A DNA stretch of 64,000 bases from contig JAFSIK010000003.1 of NCBI GenBank assembly GCA_017439805.1, forward strand, positions 8,258 through 72,257, written 5' to 3'. Positions within the stretch are counted from its first letter, which is position 1. Each line of letters opens with the position of its first letter. Made by a program: the position numbers and the translations under genes. Positions 11,440-21,370 of the stretch are shown here, piece by piece. A model generated the notes under the pieces. The model was not told where the DNA came from, searched no databases, and saw only the letters and a program-made list of their open reading frames with translations. This DNA is from Oscillospiraceae bacterium (GTDB taxonomy: Bacteria > Bacillota > Clostridia > Oscillospirales > Oscillospiraceae).

Positions 11440-12248
11440 AATCAAGGCTTATCGTTTCTGCCATAGGCGTACCCATTCTTATAATCGTGCTGCTTTTTGC
11501 CCCGGCACAGCTGTTTTCAATAATTCTTGCGGCAATGTGCGTGGTGGCAATGCACGAGGTGCTGTCCGTAACGGGCTTTGTCAAAAACCGCAGGATTCTT
11601 GTGACTTCCATGGTCTACGCGGGAATTATTCCCTTTTGGGCCTGCTACGGAAAATCCTATCCCGTGCTTCTGGTGCTCACCTTTGCCTACGTTGTGATAC
11701 TTGCCCTATTTATGATGGCTTCAAAAGGTGAGATACAGTTTACACAGGTGGCCACCGCTTTTTGCGCGGCATTTTTCATACCCATGTTTCTTTCTGCCCT
11801 GCTTGCGCTTATGGATGCCAGGGAAGGCAGATTTTTGCTGTTTTTCCCCTTTATTATCGCCTTTTCCAGCGATACCGGCGCTTTTTTTACCGGAAAATAT
11901 ATGGGCAGACGCAAACTTGCGCCCCTGCTCAGCCCCAATAAGACCGTTGAGGGCAGTATTGGCGGCATAGTTGCCAGTGTTATTGCCATGCTCATATACG
12001 GCATTATAATGATGCTGCCTTTCGGACTTTACGTCCGAATAGGCTCTATAATTATCTGCGCGGTGATTGGCGCAGTGGCGGGTCAATTCGGCGACCTTGT
12101 GTTCTCCTGCATAAAAAGGCAGGCGGGCATCAAGGACTACGGAAATCTTATGCCCGGACACGGTGGCATACTTGACCGCTTTGACAGCGTGATATTCGTA
12201 ACGCCTCTGGTTGCGGCCATAATGTATTTTTACTATCCTTTCCTGTAA
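11436..12248 (+). CDS. cdsA: phosphatidate cytidylyltransferase
   Basis: Multi-pass membrane protein with the CdsA signature region (SDTGAFFTGKYMGRRKLAPLLSPNKTVEGSIGG ... KDYGNLMPGHGGILDRFDS). Confidence 0.9.
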   Translation: MKSRLIVSAIGVPILIIVLLFAPAQLFSIILAAMCVVAMHEVLSVTGFVKNRRILVTSMVYAGIIPFWACYGKSYPVLLVLTFAYVVILALFMMASKGEIQFTQVATAFCAAFFIPMFLSALLALMDAREGRFLLFFPFIIAFSSDTGAFFTGKYMGRRKLAPLLSPNKTVEGSIGGIVASVIAMLIYGIIMMLPFGLYVRIGSIIICAVIGAVAGQFGDLVFSCIKRQAGIKDYGNLMPGHGGILDRFDSVIFVTPLVAAIMYFYYPFL

Positions 12249-12261
12249 AAGAGGAGAAATT

Positions 12262-13410
12262 ATGAAATTGTCTGTTCTGGGCTCCACCGGCAGCATTGGG
12301 CGGCAGAGTCTTGAAGTAATAGAAAAACTGGGCCATCAGGTCATCGCCCTCACGGCAGGAACAAATGTGGACCTGCTGGAACAGCAGGCGCGAAAATTCA
12401 AACCCCGTCTTGCTGTTATGAGCGACGAAAGCGCCGCGGCTGAGCTTAAAATCCGCCTTGCCGACACCGGCATCGAGGTGCTGGGAGGCGATGAGGCCGT
12501 CTGTGATGCGGCTCGGCTTTACGATGCCGATTGCGTCATCGGTGCCGTGCTTGGCATGGCGGCGCTGAAGCCTGTTTTGTCCGCAGTTGAGGCAGGCAAG
12601 CGCATTGGTCTTGCAAACAAGGAGAGCCTTGTATGCGCGGGAGAGCTGATAATGGAAAGCGCCCGCAAAAATAATGCACAGATTATTCCCGTGGACAGCG
12701 AACATTCCGCTATATTCCAGTGCCTTCAGGGGAATACTGACAGGGGAGAGGTTAAGCGTCTTATCCTTACCTGCTCCGGCGGACCTTTCTTTGGCAGAAG
12801 CAAAACCGACATTGAAAAAGTCACAGCCGCTGATGCGCTGAAACACCCCAACTGGAACATGGGTGCCAAAATAACCATAGATTCCGCCACTCTTATGAAC
12901 AAGGGTCTGGAATTTATCGAAGCCATGCGCCTGTACGCCGTGGAACCGGAAAAAGTCAGCGTGGTCATCCACCGTCAGAGCATTATCCACTCTCTTGTTG
13001 AATATCGTGATAATGCCATGCTGGCTCAGCTGGGCGCGCCCGATATGCGTGTGCCTATCCAGTATGCAATAACCTATCCCAACCGCTTTGTGTGCCCCGC
13101 GCCGGAGGTAGACCTTTTAAAATGCGGAGATATGACCTTTGCCGCACCTGACCTGGAGGCATTTCCCTGCCTTGCCATCGCCATGGAAACTGCGCCGAAA
13201 GGCCAGCTTGCCTGTACGGTCATGAATGCCGCTAATGAGGTGGCTGTGGCGGCGTTTTTAAAGGGAGAAACAGGCTTTTACGGCATTTCCGACGGCATCG
13301 CCCACACACTTTCAAAGGTTGATGCCGCAGGAGAGGCAACCCTTGAAAATATTTTTGCCGCCGACAGTGAGGCGAGACAAGTGGCACGGGAGTATTTCGG
13401 GAGAACCTAA
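12262..13410 (+). CDS. dxr: 1-deoxy-D-xylulose-5-phosphate reductoisomerase
   Basis: LGSTGSIGRQSL NADPH motif, LANKESLV, and PVDSEHSAIFQCL. Confidence 0.93.
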   Translation: MKLSVLGSTGSIGRQSLEVIEKLGHQVIALTAGTNVDLLEQQARKFKPRLAVMSDESAAAELKIRLADTGIEVLGGDEAVCDAARLYDADCVIGAVLGMAALKPVLSAVEAGKRIGLANKESLVCAGELIMESARKNNAQIIPVDSEHSAIFQCLQGNTDRGEVKRLILTCSGGPFFGRSKTDIEKVTAADALKHPNWNMGAKITIDSATLMNKGLEFIEAMRLYAVEPEKVSVVIHRQSIIHSLVEYRDNAMLAQLGAPDMRVPIQYAITYPNRFVCPAPEVDLLKCGDMTFAAPDLEAFPCLAIAMETAPKGQLACTVMNAANEVAVAAFLKGETGFYGISDGIAHTLSKVDAAGEATLENIFAADSEARQVAREYFGRT

Positions 13411-14480
13411 TGAAGGTACTTTATGTCATCATAGCAATAATAATTTTCGGCATACTTATCGCCGTGCATGAATTCGGGCATTTTGCCTCCGCCAAGAGCC
13501 TTGGCGTGCGGGTAAACGAATTTTCCATCGGCATGGGACCCGCCATTTTCAAGCGCAGCAGGGGGGAAACCCTGTACTCCCTGCGCGCGTTTCCCATCGG
13601 CGGTTTTTGCGCCATGGAGGGAGAGGACGACCGCAGCGACGACCCCCGGGCGTTTACAAACAAACGCGCCTGGCGCCGGCTTATAATTCTCATTGCGGGT
13701 TCCTTTATGAATTTCCTGCTGGGATTTATCATTGTTTTGATAATTTATGCCAACGCCGGCGGTTTCCGCACGGCGGAGATAACCGCCGTTGACCCTGCTC
13801 TGCCTGCGGTCACCCGTCAATCCGTAATGGCCGGCGACGTGGTCAGGGAAATAGACGGTCACCGCATTCACCTTTACAGCGATATTCCCCTGTTTTTAAA
13901 CCGGGGTGACGGCGACGGATACGACATTACCGTCATAAGAGGCGATGAAAAACTGACTTTCGAAAACCTGCCTCTGACTTTCGAGTACGAAACAGAGGAC
14001 GGTCAGAGGGCTATGCAGTCGGGTCTGTCCTTTGACGGCGTTATTAAGGGTACTGTGGGCGTGAAGCTGAAGGTGTCCTTTTGGCAGTGCATTGATTTTG
14101 TCCGCATGATAATTATGAGCTTCCGTGACCTTTTCAGCGGCGCCGCGGGGTTTAAAGACCTTTCCGGACCGGTGGGCATAGTGGGAATGATAGCTGATGT
14201 GGGTCAGGGCTCTGCAAATATCAAGGCAGCTTTCGGGAATATCGCCTATATAGCCGCATTCATCGCGGTGAATCTGGCGGTTGTAAATATGCTGCCTCTG
14301 CCCGCTCTTGACGGCGGCAGGGTTTTCATTCTTGTGGTTACCACCGTTATTGAAAAGATTCGCCGCCGGCGCATCGACCCCAAGTATGAGGGATATATTC
14401 ACACGGCAGGCCTTGTTTTCTTTTTCGGCCTTATGATAGTCGTGGCATTTCAGGATGTTTTTAAACTTATAGTGAAGTAG
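13410..14480 (+). CDS. rseP: RIP metalloprotease RseP/RasP (site-2 protease)
   Basis: HEFGH zinc motif in TM1, a central PDZ-like segment, and the LPLPALDGG motif. Confidence 0.9.
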   Translation: MKVLYVIIAIIIFGILIAVHEFGHFASAKSLGVRVNEFSIGMGPAIFKRSRGETLYSLRAFPIGGFCAMEGEDDRSDDPRAFTNKRAWRRLIILIAGSFMNFLLGFIIVLIIYANAGGFRTAEITAVDPALPAVTRQSVMAGDVVREIDGHRIHLYSDIPLFLNRGDGDGYDITVIRGDEKLTFENLPLTFEYETEDGQRAMQSGLSFDGVIKGTVGVKLKVSFWQCIDFVRMIIMSFRDLFSGAAGFKDLSGPVGIVGMIADVGQGSANIKAAFGNIAYIAAFIAVNLAVVNMLPLPALDGGRVFILVVTTVIEKIRRRRIDPKYEGYIHTAGLVFFFGLMIVVAFQDVFKLIVK

Positions 14481-14487
14481 GTTTTTT

Positions 14488-15528
14488 ATGACACGAAGGA
14501 TATTCGCAGGCGGCGTGGCAATAGGCGGCGGCGCACCGGTAACGGTGCAGTCCATGTGCTCCACGCCCACCTCAGACGCAGAAAAAACAGCCGCGCAGAT
14601 ACTCCGTATGGAGGCTGCCGGCTGTCAGATAGTCCGTGTGGCGGTGCCCGATATGGAGAGCGCCGCAGCAATTGCGCGCATAAAGGAAAAAATACATATT
14701 CCTCTGGTGGCGGATATTCACTTTGATTACCGTCTGGCTCTGGCGGCTCTTGAGGCAGGGGTGGATAAAATACGCATAAACCCCGGAAATATCGGCGGCC
14801 GTGAAAACGTCCGCGCCGTGGCAAAGGCCTGTGCGGAGAGAGGAGTCCCCATCCGTATCGGCGTAAACGGCGGCAGCCTTGAAAAGGAACTGCTGCATAA
14901 ATACGGCGGCGCGGCACCGGAGGCCATGGTGGAAAGCGCTGTCGGACAGGCTGCGATGCTTGAAGAATTCGGATTCGGCGATATTTGCATTTCAATGAAA
15001 TCCTCCTCCGTTGCAGACACGGTGACAGCTTACAGACTTATGGCAAAAAAGTACGACTACCCTCTGCATATAGGCGTTACAGAGGCGGGAGGGGAGTATA
15101 TGGGTCTGGTGAAATCCGCCGCAGGTCTGGGAGCGCTGCTGCTGGACGGCATAGGCGACACAATGCGCGTGTCCCTCACGGCGGAGCCGGAAAAGGAAAT
15201 TACCGCCGCAATATCCATTTTGAAATCTGTGGGACTGCGAAAAGGAGTTAACATAATATCTTGCCCTACCTGCGGCCGCACTCAAATAGACCTTATAGGC
15301 CTTGCAGGGCAGGTGGAGGCGGCTCTTGCCGACTACAAGGGCGACCTTACCGTGGCGGTAATGGGTTGTGTTGTAAACGGCCCCGGCGAGGCCTCCCACG
15401 CCGATTTCGGCATTGCCGGCGGCAGAGGAGAGGGCGTGCTCTTCGCCCACGGTGAAATAGTGAAAAAAGTGCCTTATGACAGGCTTTTAAGCGAATTACT
15501 CACGATGATAAGGGAAAGTAATAAATGA
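14488..15528 (+). CDS. ispG: 4-hydroxy-3-methylbut-2-en-1-yl diphosphate synthase (flavodoxin)
   Basis: GcpE family: VQSMCST, RINPGNIG, CPTCGRT ... GCVVNGPGE cluster ligands. Confidence 0.93.
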   Translation: MTRRIFAGGVAIGGGAPVTVQSMCSTPTSDAEKTAAQILRMEAAGCQIVRVAVPDMESAAAIARIKEKIHIPLVADIHFDYRLALAALEAGVDKIRINPGNIGGRENVRAVAKACAERGVPIRIGVNGGSLEKELLHKYGGAAPEAMVESAVGQAAMLEEFGFGDICISMKSSSVADTVTAYRLMAKKYDYPLHIGVTEAGGEYMGLVKSAAGLGALLLDGIGDTMRVSLTAEPEKEITAAISILKSVGLRKGVNIISCPTCGRTQIDLIGLAGQVEAALADYKGDLTVAVMGCVVNGPGEASHADFGIAGGRGEGVLFAHGEIVKKVPYDRLLSELLTMIRESNK

Positions 15529-18500
15529 CGGAAAAGATACCTTTTTTGAAGATGTTCTCGCTGCTTGCACCTCAGGGAAAAGCAGCGGAACTTCTGAAAA
15601 AAACCTATATTGAAAGCGCAGAGATACTCCAGAAGGAAAGGCAGATAAACGTCAGCCTTTCCTTTCCGTGCTGTTTGGAGGAGGTAGACCTGCGTGATCT
15701 CGAGGGGAAAATCAGAGGCGCATACGGCCTTAATGTGGTTAACATAACACCGATATATCCCGCCCCGGAAATCCTCGCGGAGGACAAGCCTGTATCAGTT
15801 GAGGAAAAACCTCCCATTGAAGATATTGCTCCGGAAGAACAGCCCCCCTGGTGGCAGGCGCCTCCCGTGTGCGAACCCTGCTGTGACGCGCCGGCTCAAA
15901 CCGATGATGATGCGCCTCCCGCCCCCGCGCAGGATGCGCCGGACATTACTGCCGCGGAGCTTGAGCTCAGACGCAAAAAAGCACAGGCAATGGCCCGTAT
16001 GGCGGCGGAAAACAAAAGCAAAAAATCCTCCGCCTCCAATGTTATTCTCGGCAAACCTATCACAGGCGACCCCATCCCCATCAGCGATATTGAGATGGAC
16101 AGCGCCAGAGTAATCATAGAGGGTGACATTTTCTCCGTTTCCCACAAGGAACTGCCCAAACGCAGAGCCATCGTTATAAGCTTTGACGTTACCGACTATA
16201 AAAACTCCGTCCATGTAAACCGTTTCTTTGACGAAAAGGACGCGGTGGGACTTGTTGAAAAACTCAAACCCGGTATGCGGGTGAAAGTTCAGGGACGCAT
16301 GACCAAAAACCGCTTTGACAACGAGGATGTTCTGGAGCCGTACCACATTATGGCGACGGAAAAGCCTCCAAAGCGAATGGATAATGCCCCGGAAAAGCGT
16401 GTGGAGCTTCATCTTCACACCAAAATGAGCACTATGGATGCCACCACCGATGCAAAGGCGCTGATAAAACGCGCAATCGAGTGGGGGCACGAGGCCATCG
16501 CCATCACCGACCATGGCGTGGCCCAGTCCTTCCCGGACGTTATGAGCGCCGCCAAGGACAAAATAAAAGTTATATACGGCGTAGAGGGCTACTACATAAA
16601 CGACGTGGACGACCGCCAGTGCTATATGGGCGAAACCGTCCGCGACCTTTCCGCGCCTTTCGTTGCCTTTGATATTGAAACCACCGGTCTGGATGCCCAC
16701 AGGGAAAAAATTACCGAGATAGGCGCAGTAATTTTTGAAAACGGCGTTGAAAAGGACCGTTTCCAGACCTTCGTAAACCCAGAAAAACCTATTTCCTTTG
16801 AAATTACCCGTCTCACCGGCATTTCCGATGCGGATGTGAAAAACGCCCCCTCTCAGGAGGAGGCTGTGCGAAGCTTCCTTAAATTTGCCGGTGACCTGCC
16901 CCTTGCTGCCCATAATGCCAGCTTTGACCTTGGCTTTATCAGCGAGGTATGCGACAGACACGGTATTGATTTTGAGCCGGAATGCTTCGACACCCTGCCT
17001 ATAAGTCAGGCTTTCTGCCCCGGTCTGAAGCGGTACAAGCTGGATGTGGTTGCAAATCATCTGGGACTGCCGGAATTTTCCCACCACAGAGCCAGCGATG
17101 ACGCCTATACCTGCGGTCTTATGCTGTGCAATTTCATTGAACAGCTGAAAGAAGACGGCGTAACCGATACCGCCGGTCTGAACGAAAAGCTGCAGGAACG
17201 CCGTGTGAAATCCGGCGTTAAGCGCCGCCCCCGCCATATAACCATTCTGGCCAGCAACCAGACCGCCATTAAAAATCTCTACCGGCTCATTACCAAGAGC
17301 CATCTGGAGCATTTCAGCCGCTATCCCATCATTCCCAAGAGCCTTATTCTGCAGCACCGGGAAGGTCTCCTGCTGGGTACCGCCTGCGAAGCCGGCGAAG
17401 TTTACGCCGCCGTGGTGGACCACCGCAGCCGCCGCGAACTGCGCCGCATGGCGTCTTTCTACGATTTTCTTGAAATAATGCCCCTGTGCAACAATGACTT
17501 TATGCTTCAGGGCGAAAATCCCAAGGTGTCCGATATAGAGGAACTGAAGGAGTTCAACAGACGCATCGTCCGTATTGGCGAGGAGCTTGGAAAGCCTGTG
17601 GTTGCCACCGGTGACGTGCATTTCCTTGACCCGGAGGACGAGATTTACCGCCACGTGCTGCTGAAAGCCAAAGGCTACGAGGACGGCGACAAGGAACTGC
17701 CTCTGTATCTTCGTACCACCGAGGAAATGCTGGCGGAATTTGACTATCTTGGGCCGGAAAAAGCCTATGAGGTCACCGTAACCAACACCCGTAAAATTGC
17801 TCAGATGTGCGATGCGGTGCGTCCTCTGCCCCCGGCAAAGACCCTCTTTGCCCCAAAAATCGAAAACAGCGCCCAGCAGCTTAAAGACCTGGTTTACGGC
17901 AAGCTTCACGAGCTGTACGGTGAAAATCCCCCGGAAATCGTCCAAAAGCGCGTAGACACCGAAATGAACGATATTTTGGGACGAAATTACGACGTTATCT
18001 ATATGTCCGCACAGAAGCTGGTGTCCGACTCTCTTGAACACGGCTATCTGGTAGGCTCCCGAGGCAGCGTAGGCTCCAGTATGGTGGCGTATTTTTCCGG
18101 AATTACCGAGGTAAATGCCCTGCCGGCCCACTACCTGTGCCCGAAATGTAAGTATTCCGATTTTGACAGCGGCCACGGTTTCGGCTGCGGCGCGGATATG
18201 CCGGATAAAAACTGCCCCGTCTGCGGCGAGCCTTTGGGAAAGGCCGGTTTTGACATTCCCTTTGAAACTTTCCTCGGCTTCGGCGGCGACAAGGTACCCG
18301 ATATCGACCTTAACTTCTCCGGCGAATACCAGGCCAATGCCCACAAAAAAACCATCGAACTTTTCGGCAAGGAGCACGTTTTCCGTGCCGGCACCATCGG
18401 AACTATCGCGGAAAAGACCGCTCACGGCTACGTCAAAAAATACATGGAGGAAACGGGGAAGCAGCTTTCCAAGGCTGAAGAGAACCGTCTTGCCCTGGGC

Positions 18501-19742
18501 TGTGTAGGCGTAAAGCGTACCACCGGTCAGCATCCCGGCGGTCTGGTGGTAATCCCTCAGGATATGGAAATTGCCGATTTCTGCCCGGCACAGCACCCTG
18601 CAGACGATTTCGGCAGCGATATAATCACAACCCATTTCGAATATCACTCCATGGAGGACAATCTGCTCAAACTGGACGAGCTTGGTCATGATGACCCCAC
18701 CATGATCAAGATGTTGGAGGACATGACCGGCGTCAATGCACGGGAAATCAAGCTGGACGACCCTCAGACAATGGGAATTTTCAAGTCAGCCACCTTCCTT
18801 GGACTTACGGAGGACGACCCCATTATCGGCAAAACCGGCTCCATCGGCATACCGGAGTTCGGTACCGGATTTACCAGACAGATGCTGGTGGATACCCAGC
18901 CGGAACAGTTTGACACTCTTGTGCGTCTTTCCGGCTTCTCCCATGGCACCGACGTGTGGCTGGGAAATGCAAAGGACCTTATCCTCTCCGGCACGGCCTC
19001 CGTCAATGAGACCATCGGCTGCCGAGATGATATTATGCTCTATCTTATATCCATGGGCATGGATGAAAAGCGAGCCTTCAAATTCATGGAGGCCGTCCGT
19101 AAGGGTGCTATTCACAAGGGCAAACCCTGGCCCGATGGTATAGTTGAGGAAATGCAGCAGCTGGGCGTACCCGAGTGGTATATAGACTCCTGCCGCAAAA
19201 TACAGTATCTTTTCCCCAAGGCTCACGCCGTGGCTTACGTTATGATGGCGTTCCGAATTGCATGGTTCAAGGTGCATGAGCCGCTGGCATTTTACAGCGC
19301 CTATTTCTACCGCCGCAGTCAGAAGGACAGCTTTGATGCAACCATTATGACCCGCGGCAAGGACAAGGTGAAAAACACCCTTAAGGTAATAAAAGAAAAC
19401 CCCGACGCCACCGCCAAGGAGCAGGACCTTTTCGTAACGCTTGAGGCCTGTTACGAATTTTACCTGCGCGGTTTTGAATTTGCCAATGTGGACATTTACA
19501 AATCCGACGCCACAAAATTCATCATCGAAGGCAACAAACTTATACCCCCTCTCACCTCCGTCCCCGGTTTGGGCGAGGCCGCTGCTGCGGATATTGTCAG
19601 CGGCAGGGAAGGGCGCGTGTTTGTGGCGGTTGATGAATTTTCCGCTGCCTGTCCAAAAGTGACCAAAGGCCACATTGAAAAGCTCTCCGAATGCGGAGCT
19701 CTTGGTGACCTGCCCGAAACCAGCCAGATATCCCTGTTTTAA
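15525..19742 (+). CDS. polC: DNA polymerase III, PolC-type alpha subunit
   Basis: 1405 aa. PHP domain (VELHLHTKMSTMDA), internal DnaQ-type exonuclease (FVAFDIETTGL ... AHNASFDLGF ... HRASDDA), Zn finger (CPKCKY...CPVCGEPL), and polymerase core. Confidence 0.95.
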   Translation: MTEKIPFLKMFSLLAPQGKAAELLKKTYIESAEILQKERQINVSLSFPCCLEEVDLRDLEGKIRGAYGLNVVNITPIYPAPEILAEDKPVSVEEKPPIEDIAPEEQPPWWQAPPVCEPCCDAPAQTDDDAPPAPAQDAPDITAAELELRRKKAQAMARMAAENKSKKSSASNVILGKPITGDPIPISDIEMDSARVIIEGDIFSVSHKELPKRRAIVISFDVTDYKNSVHVNRFFDEKDAVGLVEKLKPGMRVKVQGRMTKNRFDNEDVLEPYHIMATEKPPKRMDNAPEKRVELHLHTKMSTMDATTDAKALIKRAIEWGHEAIAITDHGVAQSFPDVMSAAKDKIKVIYGVEGYYINDVDDRQCYMGETVRDLSAPFVAFDIETTGLDAHREKITEIGAVIFENGVEKDRFQTFVNPEKPISFEITRLTGISDADVKNAPSQEEAVRSFLKFAGDLPLAAHNASFDLGFISEVCDRHGIDFEPECFDTLPISQAFCPGLKRYKLDVVANHLGLPEFSHHRASDDAYTCGLMLCNFIEQLKEDGVTDTAGLNEKLQERRVKSGVKRRPRHITILASNQTAIKNLYRLITKSHLEHFSRYPIIPKSLILQHREGLLLGTACEAGEVYAAVVDHRSRRELRRMASFYDFLEIMPLCNNDFMLQGENPKVSDIEELKEFNRRIVRIGEELGKPVVATGDVHFLDPEDEIYRHVLLKAKGYEDGDKELPLYLRTTEEMLAEFDYLGPEKAYEVTVTNTRKIAQMCDAVRPLPPAKTLFAPKIENSAQQLKDLVYGKLHELYGENPPEIVQKRVDTEMNDILGRNYDVIYMSAQKLVSDSLEHGYLVGSRGSVGSSMVAYFSGITEVNALPAHYLCPKCKYSDFDSGHGFGCGADMPDKNCPVCGEPLGKAGFDIPFETFLGFGGDKVPDIDLNFSGEYQANAHKKTIELFGKEHVFRAGTIGTIAEKTAHGYVKKYMEETGKQLSKAEENRLALGCVGVKRTTGQHPGGLVVIPQDMEIADFCPAQHPADDFGSDIITTHFEYHSMEDNLLKLDELGHDDPTMIKMLEDMTGVNAREIKLDDPQTMGIFKSATFLGLTEDDPIIGKTGSIGIPEFGTGFTRQMLVDTQPEQFDTLVRLSGFSHGTDVWLGNAKDLILSGTASVNETIGCRDDIMLYLISMGMDEKRAFKFMEAVRKGAIHKGKPWPDGIVEEMQQLGVPEWYIDSCRKIQYLFPKAHAVAYVMMAFRIAWFKVHEPLAFYSAYFYRRSQKDSFDATIMTRGKDKVKNTLKVIKENPDATAKEQDLFVTLEACYEFYLRGFEFANVDIYKSDATKFIIEGNKLIPPLTSVPGLGEAAAADIVSGREGRVFVAVDEFSAACPKVTKGHIEKLSECGALGDLPETSQISLF

Positions 19743-19755
19743 AATCATAACGGCA

Positions 19756-19802
19756 ATCCCCCTTTCATAGACTTGTTGTACAAGCATGGAAGGGGGATTT
19801 TC
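19756..19802 (+). terminator. long hairpin after polC (possible terminator) that also contains the spoIIIAA Shine-Dalgarno sequence
   Basis: ATCCCCCTT (19756..19764) pairs with AAGGGGGAT (19790..19798). There is an inner CTTGT/ACAAG hairpin, followed by TTT. The 3' arm is the GAAGGGGGA RBS of spoIIIAA. Confidence 0.4.
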
Positions 19803-20693
19803 ATGTGCGAAAATAACCGGGCCGCAGCCGCGTTTGACCGGGCCGCGGCTTTTTTGCCCAGAAATCTGCGGCTTATGACCGAGGTTCTGGGAGATGATAT
19901 AAAATCCGCGGCGGAGGAAATTCGGCTGCGCTGCGGTATGCCGCTGACGGTTTCGACCCTTTCGGGAGAAGTGCCTCTGGGACGCACTGCCGTAACCTCG
20001 GAGGATATTGAAACACTTCTTGAAATATCCACCGGAGCTTCTGTTTACGCCCGGGAGGAAACGGTAAAAAGGGGATATGTCACCGTGCGTGGAGGCCATC
20101 GTATCGGCGTCTGCGGCACGGCGGTAGTAAAGGGCGGCGAAATTGCAAATCTTAGGGAGCTGTCCTCTGCCGCAGTGCGCATCGCACGGGAGCACCGGGG
20201 GGCGGCAAATGAAATATTTGACCAAACGGCAGAAGAGAGCCTTGTGATAATCGCCCCTCCGGGAATTGGAAAGACCAGCCTGCTTCGCGACCTTGTCCGC
20301 CTTACATCCGACAGCGGGCAGAGGGTGTCACTGGCAGATGAAAGGGGAGAGGTGGCGGCCTGCGTATCTGGACGCGCCCAGATGGACGTGGGTCAAAATA
20401 CAGACATTCTTACAGGCGCGCCCAAGGCGCAGTCGGCGCTTATGCTGCTGAAAACCATGAATCCCAAAGTTCTGGCGATGGACGAAATAACCTCTCCGGA
20501 GGATGTGCGTGCAATTTTGGCGGCAGCAAACTGCGGCGTGCGTATTTTCGCCACGGCTCATGCCGGAAATGTAAAAGAGTTCAAGTGCCGCCGGGTTTAC
20601 GCACCTCTTATAAACGCTGGGGTGTTCGATGCTGCGGTAACGATAAGCATAGAAAAGGGCTCGCGCGTATACAGGAGGGAAAAACTATGCTGA
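19803..20693 (+). CDS. spoIIIAA: stage III sporulation protein AA (AAA+ ATPase)
   Basis: The internal ATG at 19803 follows GAAGGGGGA. EEIRLRCGMPL N-domain and Walker A IIAPPGIGKTSLLRDL. It is followed by the other spoIIIA genes. Confidence 0.88.
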   Translation: MCENNRAAAAFDRAAAFLPRNLRLMTEVLGDDIKSAAEEIRLRCGMPLTVSTLSGEVPLGRTAVTSEDIETLLEISTGASVYAREETVKRGYVTVRGGHRIGVCGTAVVKGGEIANLRELSSAAVRIAREHRGAANEIFDQTAEESLVIIAPPGIGKTSLLRDLVRLTSDSGQRVSLADERGEVAACVSGRAQMDVGQNTDILTGAPKAQSALMLLKTMNPKVLAMDEITSPEDVRAILAAANCGVRIFATAHAGNVKEFKCRRVYAPLINAGVFDAAVTISIEKGSRVYRREKLC

Positions 20694-21202
20694 GTGTAAT
20701 CGGAGCCGGTCTTCTTATATGCGGAACATCGGCGTGGGGATTTTCGGCGGTACTGCGTTTGAAAAAACGTACCCAGATACTTGCCGCCCTTATTTCGGCG
20801 CTGGAGCTTCTGGAATCGGAACTTACTTTCAAACTTGCCGCTCTGCCGGAATTGATGGAAACTCTCTCAAAAACTGCGCCGCCCGCTGTCAGAGGACTTT
20901 TTGTCAGATGCGCCGCACAGATGCCGCGCCTGGGCAATTGCAGCTTCAGACGCATATGGAACGAGTGCATTTCCAATTCTCCCGAGCTTCTTTTAAAGGA
21001 GGACGAGCGTGAATGTCTTGAGGAACTTGGAACAGTCCTTGGCCGGTACGAATTGTCACAGCAGCGGCGGGTTTTGCATTACACGCGGTCGCGGCTTTAT
21101 ACTTTTCTCGATAGGGCGGAAAATGAGCGCTCGCGCCAGAGCCGGCTTTACGGGACTCTTGGCGTAGCATCGGGCGTAATGGCGGTGCTTATACTTATAT
21201 AA
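20687..21202 (+). CDS. spoIIIAB: stage III sporulation protein AB
   Basis: ATG at 20687 (RBS AGGAGGGA) overlaps the spoIIIAA stop. 171 aa with an N-terminal TM segment and the LLESELTF / ELEELG-type SpoIIIAB pattern. Confidence 0.85.
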   Translation: MLSVIGAGLLICGTSAWGFSAVLRLKKRTQILAALISALELLESELTFKLAALPELMETLSKTAPPAVRGLFVRCAAQMPRLGNCSFRRIWNECISNSPELLLKEDERECLEELGTVLGRYELSQQRRVLHYTRSRLYTFLDRAENERSRQSRLYGTLGVASGVMAVLILI

Positions 21203-21275
21203 AAAGCAAACGAATGAATATACAGCAAAAATATTCACTTCACAAAAAATAGTATAAAAATATTCAAAAAATTCA

Positions 21276-21290
21276 AGTTTTCTGAAAAAT
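21276..21290 (+). promoter_or_regulatory. candidate CodY box
   Basis: AGTTTTCTGAAAAAT matches the Firmicute CodY consensus AATTTTCWGAAAATT at 13 of 15 positions. It lies 5 nt upstream of the -35 hexamer of the ABC cassette promoter. Confidence 0.4.
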
Positions 21291-21295
21291 TTCTC

Positions 21296-21324
21296 TTGAC
21301 TTTGGAAAACTAAAGTTTTATACT
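21296..21324 (+). promoter_or_regulatory. sigma-A promoter of the ABC importer cassette
   Basis: TTGACT (21296..21301), 17-nt spacer, TATACT (21319..21324), within an AT-rich intergenic region. Confidence 0.6.
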
Positions 21325-21370
21325 CCAAAACATAAATATTCCAAAATTCAGGCAAGAAAGGAGAAACATT

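Noticed and set aside
15780-16060. The Pro/Asp/Ala-rich insertion near the PolC N-terminus considered as an intein or foreign insert.
   Set aside because: It has no intein splicing motifs or nuclease blocks. It is a short low-complexity linker within an otherwise collinear PolC.
15795-18689. A 964-aa ORF antisense to polC. Other long antisense or overlapping ORFs behave the same way, e.g. 28274..29638 opposite obg, 39603..40841 opposite ackA, 6129..7310 opposite ispH-S1, 8163..9173 opposite glnS, 58100..58969 opposite groEL, 55224..56243 opposite the AKR gene, and 2115..3248.
   Set aside because: Each lies opposite a gene with unmistakable conserved motifs. Their translations are low-complexity (Gly/Ala/Val/Arg-rich) with no recognisable domains, RBS or independent signals. 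Long antisense ORFs are expected by chance in GC-rich coding DNA.
19621-19802. A sigma-E promoter upstream of spoIIIAA.
   Set aside because: The best candidates (AGATATC-N13-CATAACGG and TCATAGA-N13-CATGGAAG) match the -10 consensus at only about 4 of 8 positions, or would start transcription inside the RBS.
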